From Eledone cirrhosa (lineage: Eukaryota), in the NCBI GenBank assembly GCA_964016885.1, contig OZ024748.1, positions 14,818,001-14,882,000 of the forward strand: a DNA stretch of 64,000 nucleotides. Reading direction: 5' to 3'. Positions 13,458 to 27,571 of the stretch are shown in pieces. Position 1 is the stretch's first letter, and the number at the start of each line of letters is the position of its first letter. Below the pieces are notes generated by a model. That model searched no databases, had not been told where the DNA came from, and saw nothing but the letters and a program-made list of their open reading frames with translations. Position numbers and translations under genes: made by a program.

Positions 13458-13625
13458 AGTCCTGGGTTCAATCAGAGGTAAACACAGTTAGTAAGGTACT
13501 CAATAGATTAGTAGAGTGCAAACATCCAGTTAAATACAGAAATAGCTTCTACAGAACTGGAACTATTTTAGTTAAAAGAAATCCCCAGTTCTAGTCCTGT
13601 AGAAGCAATTTGTATATTTAACTTT
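13458..13625. mobile_element. Penelope-like terminus (family C), imperfect fold-back
   Basis: Homologous to 7872-7990; arms GCTTCTACAGAACTGGAACT / AGTTCTAGTCCTGTAGAAGC. Confidence 0.6.
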
Positions 13626-13664
13626 ATATATATATATATCAACACATATACATACATATACAGG

Positions 13665-13700
<36 letters not shown>

Positions 13701-13702
13701 AA

Positions 13703-13991
13703 CAATATGCCCCCACTCCCCCCACCGCAAGGTGGTCGTGGAGGTGCCACGGCAAAAAAGCACCCAGCCCACACTGTAAAGTGGACGTGTAGGCGCCACG
13801 AAAAAGCACCCAGCACTCACTGTAAATGAGGTTGGTGTTAGGAAGGGCATCCAGCTGTAGAAATCAAGCCAGATCAGTTCCTGTATGAGCAAGGCATGGT
13901 CAGCCGACCAGACACTGCCCACAACAGGACAACCCGTCTAACCCATGCTAGTGTGGAAGAACGGACGTAAAACGGTGATGATGATGATGAT
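13703..13991 (+). mobile_element. RTE (family RTE-B) 3' UTR with (GAT)n tail
   Basis: Near-identical to 24435-24730. Confidence 0.85.
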
Positions 13992-14318
13992 ATATATATA
14001 CAAACACACACACATACATACCTAACCACATGCATACATGTACATGCACTCATACATATATAAACACATATAAGTGCAAACATACATTACATAGGCTACT
14101 ATCTCTCAATGTTAATACTAGAGTGTAGAAATAGCCTGACAATACAACATAGATAATCTGTATGGATTATGTAATATCCACAAGGATATTCTCCACACCT
14201 AAATCTGTCAAAAGATAATCCTTTCACTTCTCTCGATCTCGAGATAAAAAAAACAAAACATGTCAATCAAAGATTTATCTCTCAGAAAACTTAGGATGGT
14301 AGTATCACTTTTGTTTTA

Positions 14319-14351
<33 letters not shown>

Positions 14352-14423
14352 TATATATATATGCGTGTGTGTGTGTGTGTGTGTATATATGAAGAATTGC
14401 AGCAGAGACAGTAAATGTGCCAA

Positions 14424-14471
<48 letters not shown>

Positions 14472-14609
14472 TATACATACACACACACACATACACACAC
14501 ATACATATATATATATCATATATATATATTTCATTTTTATGTCTATCTTATAATACCCTTGATGTGAAATTCTGTTATACTTTAACAGAATTATGATACT
14601 TTAAAAAGT

Positions 14610-14770
14610 TCATAGTGCCAACAAAACTACACACCAGTTCAATTTTACTTCAATTTTACTTCAATTTTAGCTAACCATTCCAATCATTTGTTGGGTAAAC
14701 AACCAAATGGTTATTTATCTAATTATTAAAGCTCTTTTGACACACATTTTGTGACCTTATCAATGACTTT
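14610..14770 (-). mobile_element. Penelope-like terminus (family A), decayed hammerhead-like motif
   Basis: Reverse complement of 14725-14766: GTCA-TTGATAA-GGTCACAAAATGTGTGTC-AAAA-GAGCTT. Confidence 0.5.
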
Positions 14771-15222
14771 CTTGCCCTTTCTGTTTTCTTTTCATTTTGA
14801 TTCTGACTCCAGCTCTAGTTATTTCAGTCTGTTTTGCTTGCCCCTTTTTTTGTGATACCTGCTTATATACAAATGAAGACATTTCTTTAAGCCTTATCTG
14901 TTGATAAATATGCAGATTCTACCCCTCCAGCCAGAGCCAGTGTTACCATTAAGGGTATCTAGACAACCACCAAAGCAGGACCAGATTTAGTTAGACCTTG
15001 GGGAGCTTGGGGCAATTCAGGTTTGGTTTGACCCTCATATAATACACACAAACGTATATGTGTGTGTGTGTGTGTGTGTGTACATATATATATATACATA
15101 TATATATATTTATTTAGGTTTGTTGGTTCACCACTGGATAGAATTGGTCATTCCATATGGTCAATCTCGATGTAATATTATAGAGAGTACACAAGTCCAT
15201 CCTCCTGTTATTTTATTATAAT

Positions 15223-15265
<43 letters not shown>

Positions 15266-15269
<4 letters not shown>

Positions 15270-16017
15270 TCATCATTTTATGTCCGCTTTTCCCTGCTTG
15301 CAAGGGTTGGACGGGTCCTATTCAGCACAGCATCTCTCCACTTGTCACGGCCCTTCGTCATCTCCTCCGTGAGCTTCAGCGATCTGAGGTCTGCTCTTAC
15401 CACCTCCCCTCATGTTTTTCGTGGTCTTCCTCTCCTGCATCTTCATTCTACTGGGATTTCTTGGTACTTATTTACCCAGCAGCCATCCTCATGCGCATCA
15501 CATGTCCATACCATCTCAGTCTTCTCTCCTGCACACACAGTTTCTCTCTCAACTCATCTATGCTTGGTCATTCACGCACATTGACATTGCACATCCAACG
15601 GAGCATGCTTGCTTCATTTCTCTCCAGCCATCGCATATCCTCTGCTTTTGCTGCCCATGTCTCACTACAATGCATCATCGTGCATCTCACACAGGCATCA
15701 TATAACCGGCCTTTCGTATGCAGGGAGAAACTCTTCTTTATCAACAAAGGAAGCAGTTCCCTAAACTTCTTCCAACCCGTCCTTATTCTAGATACTATGG
15801 CCTCGGAACCCCCCTCCCATGCTAATCTGATCACCTAGGTACCAGAAGCTATCAACCACTTCTATAGAACCCACCTGCATTTGAAAAATGTGTCTATCAC
15901 TGCGATTACTGCTGTCAAATTTCCCTGTACATCTACTGCATACCTAGTTTTCCCTACCTGTTAGTTTGCCTGCTATTCCACTACATCTCTTGTGCACCCA
16001 AGATCTGCATTATGTAC
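15266..16017 (-). mobile_element. RTE LINE (RTE-A), 5'-truncated, degenerate RT C-terminal region
   Basis: WVHKRCSG..., FWYLGDQIS, SRIRTGWKKFRELLPLL...KGRLYDACVR..HCSETWA..ERNEASMLRWMC..GRPRKT; (GAT)n tail. Confidence 0.92.
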
Positions 16018-16384
16018 ATTTTATATATATATACATACATACACACACAAAGAGAGAGAGAGAAGAAAAAGAAGGTAGGTGCTCTGTTCCGAAGAGAGGA
16101 GGCCAGAGCATGAGTCTCCACTGTTCCCGATAAATCTGGCTCTACACCTAAGGTATCAAACTGTGAAAGGTTCATTACTGAATCATAAATGATTACAGTT
16201 TTATATAAATTTGTATCAATTAAGTTAAATATATCATCATTTCATGCAATCTATAAACAAGTTACAAATGAATGTTAAATTATTTTCAAAAGACCAAATT
16301 AGTAATGAGAATGCAATGTTACTAAATCCCAATAAATTCTTTAGAATTTTCAAAATGATGTCAAAATTATAGGCAATGTCTTGC

Positions 16385-16563
16385 CTGAAAACCTTCCATC
16401 ATAATTCAATGCAAGAACCTGTATTAAGTTATTATCCAAACACTAGCTTAAATGGGAAAGTTGATTATATTATTAAATCCCTCAGTATACTTAAATATTT
16501 TCAAAATTATTTCAAAATCATTGGCTGTGTCTTTCATTAGAAATATCGTAACAAGAGGGTTAA
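16385..16563. mobile_element. TTAA-ended MITE fragment (family of 54103-54492)
   Basis: Ends TCATTAGAAATATCGTAACAAGAGGGTTAA; internal similarity to 54190-54340. Confidence 0.55.
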
Positions 16564-17685
16564 ACTTAAGGAGTTGTTGAAGAATTTAACCTAAATTACA
16601 AATTGCCATATTTTGATGCTTCCACACCAATTTATTATTCATTGTTATTATTTGGAGATATTTGAGGTTTTGTTTTCTTTTATGGAGCCACTCCTTTTCT
16701 GAAATATTCTAAACTTAAGATAATTTGACTTGATCCAAGCTATGTGATTAATGAATATGTAGTAATGGTGTTAATTGACACTTATGTTGATTGACAATAT
16801 AACCTTCCTTTAACAAAATCCAATTAAGTTAATGTCATTAAAGACAATGTATCTTCATACAGATGTAATCAGGTCACTGAGAGAACAAATACGCAAAGGT
16901 AATTTAAAAAAAAAAAGAAAAGATATTGCTTCTTCTTCCTCCTTTTTCATGTGTGTGAATGTAAATCTTGCTTCCCGATGTGTGCGTATCAAGGAGTCAT
17001 CCTTCTCCTTGTGTATGTGAGTGCATATGTATGAATGTATATATATATACTTGAAGTCTTCTTTCTGATTCTGTGTGTGCAATTGTGTGTGTGTATATAT
17101 ATGTGTATATATGTGTATATATATATATATATACATGCTTGAAGCCCCCCCCCCCCCATCTCTCTCTCTCTGCATATGCACGTATATATGACTAATTAAG
17201 TCAATTGGCCTTTATAGAGAGTAGCTTGAAATATATATACATTCTTTTTTCACCTAGAATTTTGTATTGTTTTATTTTGTTTTTTTATATGGTAATAAGG
17301 ATAATATTTTCTGATAACTCTAAACATTGATACCTGATGACAAGAAATAGCGATAACATTTTTTTAAAGATAATAATAATAATAACAATAATAACAATAA
17401 TAATACAACACCCTGTCATCTTACTAATTAGAATGACAGAAGGAAAAAAATAGGATTGTAAGTTATATTGAATTCTTCCTTTTTCTTTAGTAATGAACTT
17501 ATTTCATTTAACATTAAAATAACATGAGTTATTTTGTGTAAGAACTGGCACACCTTACACCTTTTCGTTGTGTTATTTTATTTAATTATCTCAATTTTTT
17601 GCATGTGTAAATTTGTTGGACTGTAATTCATGACAACTTTTAATGTGTCTATTACAATTTAATTCCTGTAGTTTATTCGAAAACT

Positions 17686-17825
17686 TTAACTCTTGATATC
17701 CTCTAAAGATTTCGTATGAAATACTCTTACATGGGTTTGTTAATTCAGGGCAGATTATTGTAAAAAGAATATGCAGTCTTTAATTATTAATATAGTTCAA
17801 TGTGGTACAGGATGTTAAGAGTTAA
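17686..17825. mobile_element. TTAA-flanked MITE (piggyBac-like)
   Basis: TIRs TTAACTCTTGATATCCT / AGGATGTTAAGAGTTAA. Confidence 0.7.
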
Positions 17826-18159
17826 ATGATAGTACATAGTATATATATTAGCCACTAGAGGACACAAGTACACATCAAATGCATAATAATACACATAATA
17901 GATTTAAGATGACTGCCTGAAACACTCATGATAGACAGCAGATGACACACCAGTACAAACAACACATACAATATCACATACATTTCACAATTTCACTGGT
18001 AAGAATTCTTGTTAATTGGCTCCTTCTACAACTTTATTATTCCATAGCATCAAATTACATTGATATTATTTGATGAAAATTCCAGTTCCACATACTAATG
18101 TTACAATTCCACATTTTCAATGAATTATCTCTCTCTCGCTCTGTTTGTGTGTGTCACCA

Positions 18160-18350
18160 TAACCGTTTAATGTCCATTTTTCAATGCTAGCATGGCTTAG
18201 ACAAGTTGTCCTGTTGTGAGCAATGCTAGGTGAGGTGACCCTGTCTTGCTCATACAGAACTCATTTAGGCCTGCTCTCTACAGTTGGATGCCCTTCCTAA
18301 CGTCAACATAATTTACAGTGAGTACTGGGTGCTTTTTGTTGTGACACCTA
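18160..18350 (-). mobile_element. RTE-B 3' UTR fragment
   Basis: TTTAATGTCCATTTTTCAATGCTAGCATGG...TGGATGCCCTTCCTAACGTCAAC. Confidence 0.75.
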
Positions 18351-18403
18351 CTTGACCAATATAGACACACACACACACATATATATATATATACACACAT
18401 ACA

Positions 18404-18434
<31 letters not shown>

Positions 18435-18436
<2 letters not shown>

Positions 18437-18700
18437 CATCATCATCATCATTTTACGTCTGCTTTTCCCTGATTGCAAGGGTGGGACGGGAACTGATTCT
18501 GGTTTGATTTCTACAGCTGGATGCCCTTCCTAACACCAACCTCATTTACAGTGAGTGCTGGGTGCTTTTTTGCTGTGGCGCCTACACATCCACTTTACAG
18601 TGGAATGATAGGGACCCCAGTCCCTATCATCTCATTTCTACAGCTGAGTAAACTGGAGCAATGTGAAATAAAGTGTCTTGCTCAAGGAAACAACACATCA
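18435..18700 (-). mobile_element. CORE SINE with RTE tail, tRNA head missing
   Basis: Reverse complement of ~1845-2108. Confidence 0.85.
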
Positions 18701-19146
18701 CATATATATATATATATACGTGTGTGTGTGTATGTCAATATCCATTGAAATATTGAAATTCTTTATACACAATATTTCAACCACATTTCATAATCATCAT
18801 CATCATCATTGTCGTTTTTACATCTGCTTGATGATGATGATGATGAAATATTTTCCTTGGAGAATTTGTTGCTCATTTCCCCATTTATAGGGTGGTAAAA
18901 GATGTTCGCAAGGTACGTGAAGTAAAAGACATATCTGTATGTATTTGGCATTCATGGAATAAGAGGTAGAGCACACACCTACATGTCATGAACAGACAAG
19001 TTTGTCCAAACATACAGTTCACTTGTACTCGGTTATTCATATAGATTAACATTATATATATCCATGTCTTTCTTTTCTTTCCAGATTCAATAGATTCTTC
19101 ACATTCAATATACATATCTTGCTATAATACTATTATCACAGTCTTC

Positions 19147-19158
19147 ATACACACACAC

Positions 19159-19222
<64 letters not shown>

Positions 19223-19677
19223 AGAGATAGAGAGAGATTTAATTATAAGCTATACGTTTAGATTATGTATAGCCCAACCGCATGCACACACATATATATA
19301 TATATATACATATAAATATATATATACATCTATATATATATACATACATATATATATACATACATATATATATACATACATATATATATACATCTATATA
19401 TATATACATATATATATATACATATATACATGCATATATATATACATACATATATACTTGCATATATATATACATACATATACATACATATATACACATA
19501 CATACATATATACATGCATATATACACATACATATATATATATATATACATACATATATACACATACATATATACACATACATACATATATACACATACA
19601 TATATATATACATACATATATACATGCATATATATATATACATACATATATACATATATATACATACATACATATAT

Positions 19678-19756
<79 letters not shown>

Positions 19757-20069
19757 CATACATATATATATATATATACATACATACATATATATACATA
19801 CATACATATATATACATACATACATATATATACATACATACATACATATATATACATATATATATATATATACACATACATATATATATACATACATATA
19901 TACATACATACATATATACACATACATATATATATACATACATATATACATGCATATATATATATATATACATATATACATACATATATATACACATATA
20001 TATACACATACATACATATACACATACATACATACATATATATATATACATACATATACACATACATAC

Positions 20070-20102
<33 letters not shown>

Positions 20103-20115
20103 TATGCATATATAC
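19147..20115. repeat. Compound (TA)n/(TACA)n microsatellite
   Basis: Direct inspection. Confidence 0.95.
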
Positions 20116-20770
20116 AATCATGTCTTTCCATTCAGATAGAAATTTTGAACAACATAGACAATGAATTTTATTAGAAATATCTTCATGAAATGGTTAAGTT
20201 CAATTATTATAAATGTGAATGTAGTATCAGTGAAATTCCTGAGAATTTTAATTCCCTGAAATCTGTAACCATTATCACATACACATGTCAGAGAGGCAAA
20301 CACATGCCAATAAATAGATAAAGAAAATAAATGAAAATTGAAAAACAATATCCATAAAAACCATACATGCTCTCAAAATTAACTTTTCTAATACATGAAC
20401 ATGGTTGTAGGGATATTAAATCCTCCCCTGCTGTTCCCACAAATGAAACAAAAAATTTAAAAGTAAAAAAGAGAAAAGAACCAGATAGTAATCTAAGGAA
20501 TTTTGAAGTTCCTTAGAATATAATTCTAATTGTAGGTTGATTTTAAGGCTAAAGATTTGAAATGATTACAACTACAAACTCCATGTCACAATGATTAGCT
20601 GGAAATCGGAAAGAACTACAGATATAGTAAGATAGCAGAAATAGTGTAGAATGAAGGGAAATTTTATTAAAAAATATATTTAAAGCGAAAAAAACAAAAA
20701 AACGGAAACAAATTTTTAGAAAATTCATTAAAAATCAAAATGTAAAGGAGAGAGAGAGAGAGCGATTGAG

Positions 20771-20871
<101 letters not shown>

Positions 20872-20903
20872 ATAGAAAAATAGAGAGAATATGGAAAACT
20901 TAC

Positions 20904-21037
20904 TTGGTTTGTGCAGGTGATGTGCACAAAGGTAGCTTCTCTAAGTATCAACGTCATCGCTTCTACAAGGTTCATTGTAAAGGCAACTCACTCATAATTG
21001 ATATATCACTATTGCCCTCACTTGCTCCATCATCAAT
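20904..21037 (-). CDS. Putative last coding exon of an unidentified gene: IDDGASEGNSDISIMSELPLQ* plus 68 nt UTR
   Basis: Acceptor TTTATTATTTTTCTACTTTCTCTCAG|, donor CAA|GTAAGT, unique non-repetitive sequence, phase-0 frame open for 21 codons. Confidence 0.6.
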
Positions 21038-21384
21038 CTGAGAGAAAGTAGAAAAATAATAAATGAAACATTACTAGAAACGAAATGAAATGATAAAATG
21101 ATAAGTTGATTACATTGTTCCCAACACTTGGCTGGTTCTTTATTTTAAAGACCCCACCCCCAAATAGGAAAGGCAAATTTCAGCTCTGTAAGATTTGAAC
21201 TGAAAAGATTTGAACTGAAAACACAAGGCATATTGCCCGACAAAGAAAAAGTGAACACCTTTATGGTATTTATTCCAACCATTTATGTTCACAGTTCAAA
21301 TCCTGTTGAGATCAAGTTTGTCTTTTATCCTTCCAGGATCCTTAAAACAAATGATGAAATAATGACTTCTAAATAATGGGTTCT

Positions 21385-21535
21385 GATTCAGGCACAAGGC
21401 CAGCATTCTAATGGGAGGGAAAAGTCAATTAAATCACCCCTAGTGCAATACTTGTGCTTTATTTTATCAAGCCTGTAAGGATGAAAGGCAAAGCTAACCT
21501 TGATGGGTTTGGAACTCAGAATGTAAAGAGCTGTA
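21385..21535 (-). mobile_element. Meta-like SINE, degenerate
   Basis: GGCACAAGGCCAGC...AAGGATGAAAGGCAAAGCTAACC...GAACTCAGAATGTAAAG. Confidence 0.7.
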
Positions 21536-21559
21536 ACACTATATATACATTGGTATTAT

Positions 21560-21960
21560 TAAAATAAAGTACCTTTTCCTTCAAATATTCCTACGTATTT
21601 TTAAGTATGTATATCTGATAGCATGAGTGTATGTGTGTTTACAAATAGATCTGCACTTATATATAAACTATATACACACAGAGAGTGGGTTGATTTCATT
21701 GGTGGTGATGTGATTATGAAAATAAAGTACACTTCCTTCCAGAAATGTCTTCATATATCTTAGTATGTATGTACATAGGATTGTATGAATGTATATTAGT
21801 TTACACATACCAGTGAACTTATATAAACTATATACATATGCTTACACATATAGGGTAGATTGAGTTAAAAGTGAATATTGAAATTATAAAAGTAAAACAC
21901 AATTTCTTCCAGCAATTTCTCCTTATATCTAAGTATATTTGTATATATGAGAGGTAACAA
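21560..21960. repeat. Old degenerate tandem triplication (~160-bp unit)
   Basis: AAATAAAGTAC..TTCC..TAAGTATGTAT..GTTTAC..CTTATATAAACTATATAC recurs at ~21561, 21720, 21889. Confidence 0.6.
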
Positions 21961-22508
21961 ATAGAATTGCAGTTATATACACAATAAATAGAGAGACACA
22001 TATGAATACATATACAGATATACTGTGTGTCGTTTGTTTTCTAAACTTGTTTTAAATATACACTTATTACTAAACACCAAATGAGTGAATACAGTCGAAA
22101 ATATATTGAAGAGTGAAGAAATGTAGTTTATTTAAATATATATTTTAATAAAAATGAATCATGTAAATCGACTAGTTGACTTATACTGTAAGATGTTCTC
22201 ATGAAATTGCGGTTTGGAACAATTCTTTGCGCTCTGCATTCCACAATTATGAGAAAAAAGGAGAAACTGATCCAATAAACTGCAAATATAGTCATATCAG
22301 TATAACTAGCTCCAAAAGCAAAATGTGATTATTATACAGAAAATGGAGTTATAATATCGTGCAGAGAAAACATTCTAATGTTATTAGGGCATGATTGTAA
22401 GTGTGTGTGTGTGTATATATATAAATATACTTTTCACATCCACACACACATACAGAGAGAGTGAGTTTGTGTGCATGTGTATTTATATGAGTGTACCTAT
22501 ATATATAT

Positions 22509-22565
<57 letters not shown>

Positions 22566-23129
22566 TATATAAGAGCACAGATTGGTTGAGAAGTTGTATT
22601 TATACATGCTTGATATCTGTATGTGTGCATGTATATGTGTGTATGTATATGTGTATATATATGTATATATATATATATATAATATACATATATATATATA
22701 TACATCATCATTATGACCGCAGTCAAATATATATGTGTATGTGAGAGAGAGAGAGTATGTCGTTGTATAAGGAAAACAAACCAAGATTAAACTGTTATGG
22801 GTAGTGTAATTTGCATAAGATGCATTTGTTGGCAATATATGATATGATTTATTAAATAATAAACATTTATGCCCAACATAGAGCATGGACTTACAACCTC
22901 TATATGTTAAGTATATATTAATAGATATAGTAATCATTTAACCATCAAACTAGGATGGCTTAAACCCATGTATATAGAAAGACCGAAAACTCTAGGCTAA
23001 TTTACATATCAGCTATTATTTAGTATTTAGTAATCTTACAAGGACATAAAACTGTAATGGTTTCAGTTCTGACTCTAACATCATGCAAACATTGAGATGA
23101 TGATGATAATAATAATAATAGAGACCATC

Positions 23130-23600
23130 TACCTTGTAAAGTAATGTAGGAGAATGGAAATGGAACAATATTCTAGGATTTTGATTTTCAAACTGATAGA
23201 GTAATTGAGCATCACCAATCGGACATTTTCGTATTGAAGAAGAAAGACAAATACTGTCAGACTGTCAATATGGCCATACCAAATGACATGGATATTGCGA
23301 GTAAGGAGATTGAAAATCTCACCAAGTACTCTAAATTGAAAATGGAGCTGACAAGACTATTTGGAATACATGAGGGTAATGTGAAAGTGATACCAGTTGT
23401 GATTGGATCAATCCTATTGAAACTTCAAGATTCATTAAAGTAACTGGGAATACCATACAGGTTGGCTGTCATACAAAATATGGTTTTGCTAGGTACAGTG
23501 CACATTTTGAGGAAAGTATTATCTGTCTGAAATCCTTGTGACTTGATAGATGTCTAAATACTCTGGAGCCTTATCCATCTGCACTGCATGACAGAATGAT
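23130..23600 (+). mobile_element. R4/Dong-clade non-LTR retrotransposon 3' end (restriction-like endonuclease)
   Basis: IF*DFDFQTDRVIEHHQSDIFVL...AIPND...KEIENLTKYSKLKMEL...VIPVVIG...IQNMVLLGTVHILRKVL; flanked by (TAA)n. Confidence 0.88.
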
Positions 23601-23629
23601 AATAATAATTATTATTATTATATTTTAGA

Positions 23630-23840
23630 GCAGTATATTGGCAGTATTGGTAAAGCATTGGACAAGCTTTGCAGCATATAGTTATATCCTTTTATGTTCT
23701 GTGTTCAAATACTGCTGAGGTTAGCTTTGCCTTTCATACTTGTGGAGATGATAAAATAAAGTGCTAGTAACATCATGGGGGTTCATTTAATTGACTTTCC
23801 ACTGCCCCCAAATTGCTGGCTTTTAGCCTAAGTCATTATT
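23630..23840 (+). mobile_element. Meta-like SINE, degenerate
   Basis: GTTCAAAT..GAGGTTAGCTTTGCCTTTCAT..GATAAAATAAAGT. Confidence 0.7.
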
Positions 23841-24319
23841 ATTAATTCTTGTAGTATCTGTACATGTTGGCAATTGAGCAACTATTGCAAAAGCCAGAGC
23901 TGTAGAAGTGCATCTTATTTGAAGAAGGATGAGTGGTAGGGAGATCTGTGTCAGTATATAGCGATGATGTAACAATATTACAGTATCAGACACTGATAAC
24001 AAAGATCAACCCAGAAATATCCATGGGCTTGTAATGAGGCACCTAACAATTTATAGAGGACTAGCAGTGTGTAAGGGTGACAATGTTCTCAGGGGAAGCT
24101 CGATGCATTGATCTCTAATCTCAGATTGAAAACCATGATGGAAAACTCCCAGAAATCTCTGGCCTGGCATTTATAAAGGGGGCACTCCCAGTTCAAAATA
24201 AAATTGACAGACATGGAAGTGATGTCAAGCAAACACTACTGGACTTAATTATAAGCTAAATAAACTATCACTTAGGGCCACACACCCACATATTTTAATA
24301 TTTATTTTTATTTTTCTAT

Positions 24320-24730
24320 GCCGACTTTACCCAATTGCACCTCTCAAAGGCAATGACACACGACCGTGACCTCTGGCGTCACGCAGTAATACAGAGTACC
24401 CGACCTCCCATGGGTACAAGCTGAAGCATAGAGACAATATGCCCCCACACACCCCCACCGCAAGGTGGTTGTGGAGGTGCCACGGCAAAAAAGCACCCAG
24501 CCCACACTGTAAAGTGGACGTGTATGCGCCACGAAAAAGCACCCAGCACTCACTGTAAATGAGGTTGGTGTTAGTAAGGGCATCCAGCTGTAGAAATCAA
24601 GCCAAATCAGTTCCTGTATGAGCAAGGCATGGTCAGCCGACCAGACACTGCCCACAACAGGACAACACGTCTAACCCATGCTAGCGTGGAAGAACGGACG
24701 TAAAACGGTGATGATGATGATGATGATGAT
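24320..24730 (+). mobile_element. RTE LINE (RTE-B) ORF end plus complete 3' UTR
   Basis: ADFTQLHLSKAMTHDRDLWRHAVIQSTR*, then the GGTGCCACGGCAAAAAAGCACCC / AGGGCATCCAGCTGTAGAAA UTR and (GAT)n. Confidence 0.85.
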
Positions 24731-25093
24731 ATGCAGCAAATGAAATAAATCCATTAATTAGTTGAACAGAATATTTTGTAATCTGTAATAGATAATAATC
24801 ATGTATAATTCTTAAAAATTTTTCACCCAAAATTATTTTTAGAGAAGGGCTTCAAATTTCATATATCTTAGGGCCTCAGAAGCTGAAAGTCCAGCCCTGC
24901 AAGCAAGTCTGTCCATGATGTACACAGAGTGACTAATCATTCTGCACCCACACATTCATTGTCGAGGTATTACTAACTTTATGTCAAATAGCTGCTGTCA
25001 TATACAGGTTGGATATATAACCACTCTTTCTATTTCCTGAGGTATTTCATCTGATATACACAACTATTATTTAGAGTGAGCTATCATATTATT

Positions 25094-25282
25094 GTGGTCG
25101 GCAGTATCGGTAGAGGGTCGGACGCCATGCCTTGATGCATAGAGTTACGGCCCTTGCCATTCTGAGTTCAAATTCTGCCGAGGTTAACTTTGCCTTTCAT
25201 CCTTACAGGGTCAATAAAATAAAGTACCACTAATGTACTGGAATAATTGCTGGCCTTGTGCCAATAGTAGAAACAATTATAT
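25094..25282 (+). mobile_element. Meta-like SINE, full length
   Basis: Same structure as 5164-5346. Confidence 0.88.
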
Positions 25283-27029
25283 TATTGTGGTCATTTGCGT
25301 TGGATACTCAATTTCAAACACTCCAATATATATATATATATATATATATATGAAAACGAAGTACATATATGTATATATGAATGTTTGCATATATAAACAT
25401 GTATGTATGTTTGCGTGTGTGTATGTACATACATATACATATATATATATGTGTGTGTGTGTGTGGGTGTGTGTGCATATATATATATATGTATATTATA
25501 CAATATTCAATTACTGTTAAGAAACATTGTGTGAAAATAATACTCCTTTCTTAATATCTAATGATAATACATTCTCAGTGTTTACTTTGGGCCATTATCT
25601 AGCAAGTACCAGTAATGCACTGGGTAATTGCTGGCCTTGTGCCTAAAGTAGAAACAATTATCTAGCACTAATACAAGTTTCCACCAAAATTGAGAATGAT
25701 ATGGTGGTGGTGGTTTAATGTTGCTGTTGCTGGTAGTGGTGGTGATGGTGGTGTAGTGTTGGTGTAGGTGGTGATGGTGGCAGTAGTGGTGCTGTAGTTT
25801 TGGTGCTAATATCCAGAAATAACGTCCTAAATATTTGTTGTAACCTTATAAATTATGAAACAATGATCTTTGAAAACATGTGAAGAATTTATCCTGTTTT
25901 CCATTAAAATTCAGAGTGGTGATTCTGTGATTCTGATGAAAGTTATATCAACAGGATATACTAGTTATTAGTCAGTGTTTTACTATCTCTTTTGAAAAAG
26001 AGGAGTCTTTTCTTACACACATACTGACTATTATACTGTTAAACTAGAAATTCTAGTGTGCTATTCAATTAACCTTTTAGTCTTCTTATCTCCCTATCTT
26101 TCCATCACATAATAAGTATAAGAATTAACACTTAGAGATAGAAACACTGTACCAGCTTTGTAAAGAGAAAGTTAGTAATACAAACTAAGAATCTTTTATC
26201 CCAAAACCTCCAAATTCCAAAAGTTTTTCTAGTGTTGACAGTTGAAAATCTGAGGCAAAAGTGTAATTAACTGATTTGTTTTGGTATAAAGCAATACTTC
26301 CATTAGGTGTGAATTTAGAATAGTAACACATTTATATAAAACTAGTTTCATAATATCATCATTATTTTCATTGTTTTTAAATCCATACATGGTTTTTGAG
26401 GCAATGTCTTACAGCCAGATGACATTTCTGATACTGACCTTTATGGTTCTTCTAACATGCAGGGATATAGTGTATCCATTCTAAACCAGATACACACAGT
26501 ATTATATGTATAGTATGCATAATAATGTGATATTATGGAAAAATTAGCAACTGATATTTTCTTATAAATTCTTGTAACTCTTAACAACCTGTACTGCAAG
26601 AAGCAGCAATACTAAGTCATTGTGAAAAATACACAATAGCCTTATGAATGCTTCACATTAAATATTAAAGTCTTTAAATGATTGATAAGTTTCCGAAAGG
26701 CAGCACAATGCAGAAGAATTATATAAAGGGCAAAGTTTGACAAATAAAACAAAACAAAGTAATGTTTTACCCAGTATATTTCAACATGATATTTCAGGAC
26801 TAAAAAAAAAACAAAAAAAACAAACATGGCTCAAAACAAAAACGAATAATCAATGTGTTCTTCCCTGTATTATTTGTCACCATTTGCCCTTCATACATGT
26901 CTCCTGCACTGTACAGGAAAACTTAACTGTCATTTATTACATATCTTACAATGCTTCATATTAACTATACAACTTCAAAGTTTTTACTCTAATGCTACAA
27001 ATGTTAAAAGCAATCTGTTCTCTACTAAT

Positions 27030-27306
27030 AACAGTTCGAGCACAGGGGCTCATCAGACCATTGCTTATTCCAGTTTTCATGGCTTTAATTGATTAAGAGT
27101 ATAAGCCTCCCCACTAGAGAGGAACTCTATCCATCACAGGGTTAAACCCACAGCTATTACTGGTACTCATTTTCATCTGAATAAATTGGAGTAACATGAA
27201 ATGAAGTGTTTTTCTCAAGAACATAACACACAAGCCAGTCAAGGAATTGAACACACAATATTATGTTAGTTAATCCAACACACTTACCACTAGCCCACAT
27301 GGCTCC
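27030..27306 (-). mobile_element. Old tRNA/CORE SINE with a distinct (possibly V-domain-like) tail
   Basis: Head and CORE relics at 27185-27306; tail includes CCTGTGATGGATAGAGTTCCTCTCTAGTGGGG. Confidence 0.6.
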
Positions 27307-27571
27307 AGAAGATACGACAAACATCTGAATTAATCAATCTGTTTTTAACTATTTTCTGTTAAATTATTACAGGATGTTAATAGTTAATACTGCAAATATT
27401 CACAACAATTTGTTCACTAGTAAAGATACCAAAAGCATTTGAATTAGCCAACATGTTTTTAGATATGTTCTGCTAAATCATTACAGTATGTTAATAATTA
27501 ATACTGCAAATGGTCAAAGCAATCTGACCCTTACTAAATATACTGTAAACATCTAAATTAACCAGCTTGTT

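Noticed and set aside
17331-17358. CTGATGA-CAA-GAAA hammerhead-like spacing
   Set aside because: No stem II or stem I pairing; likely chance
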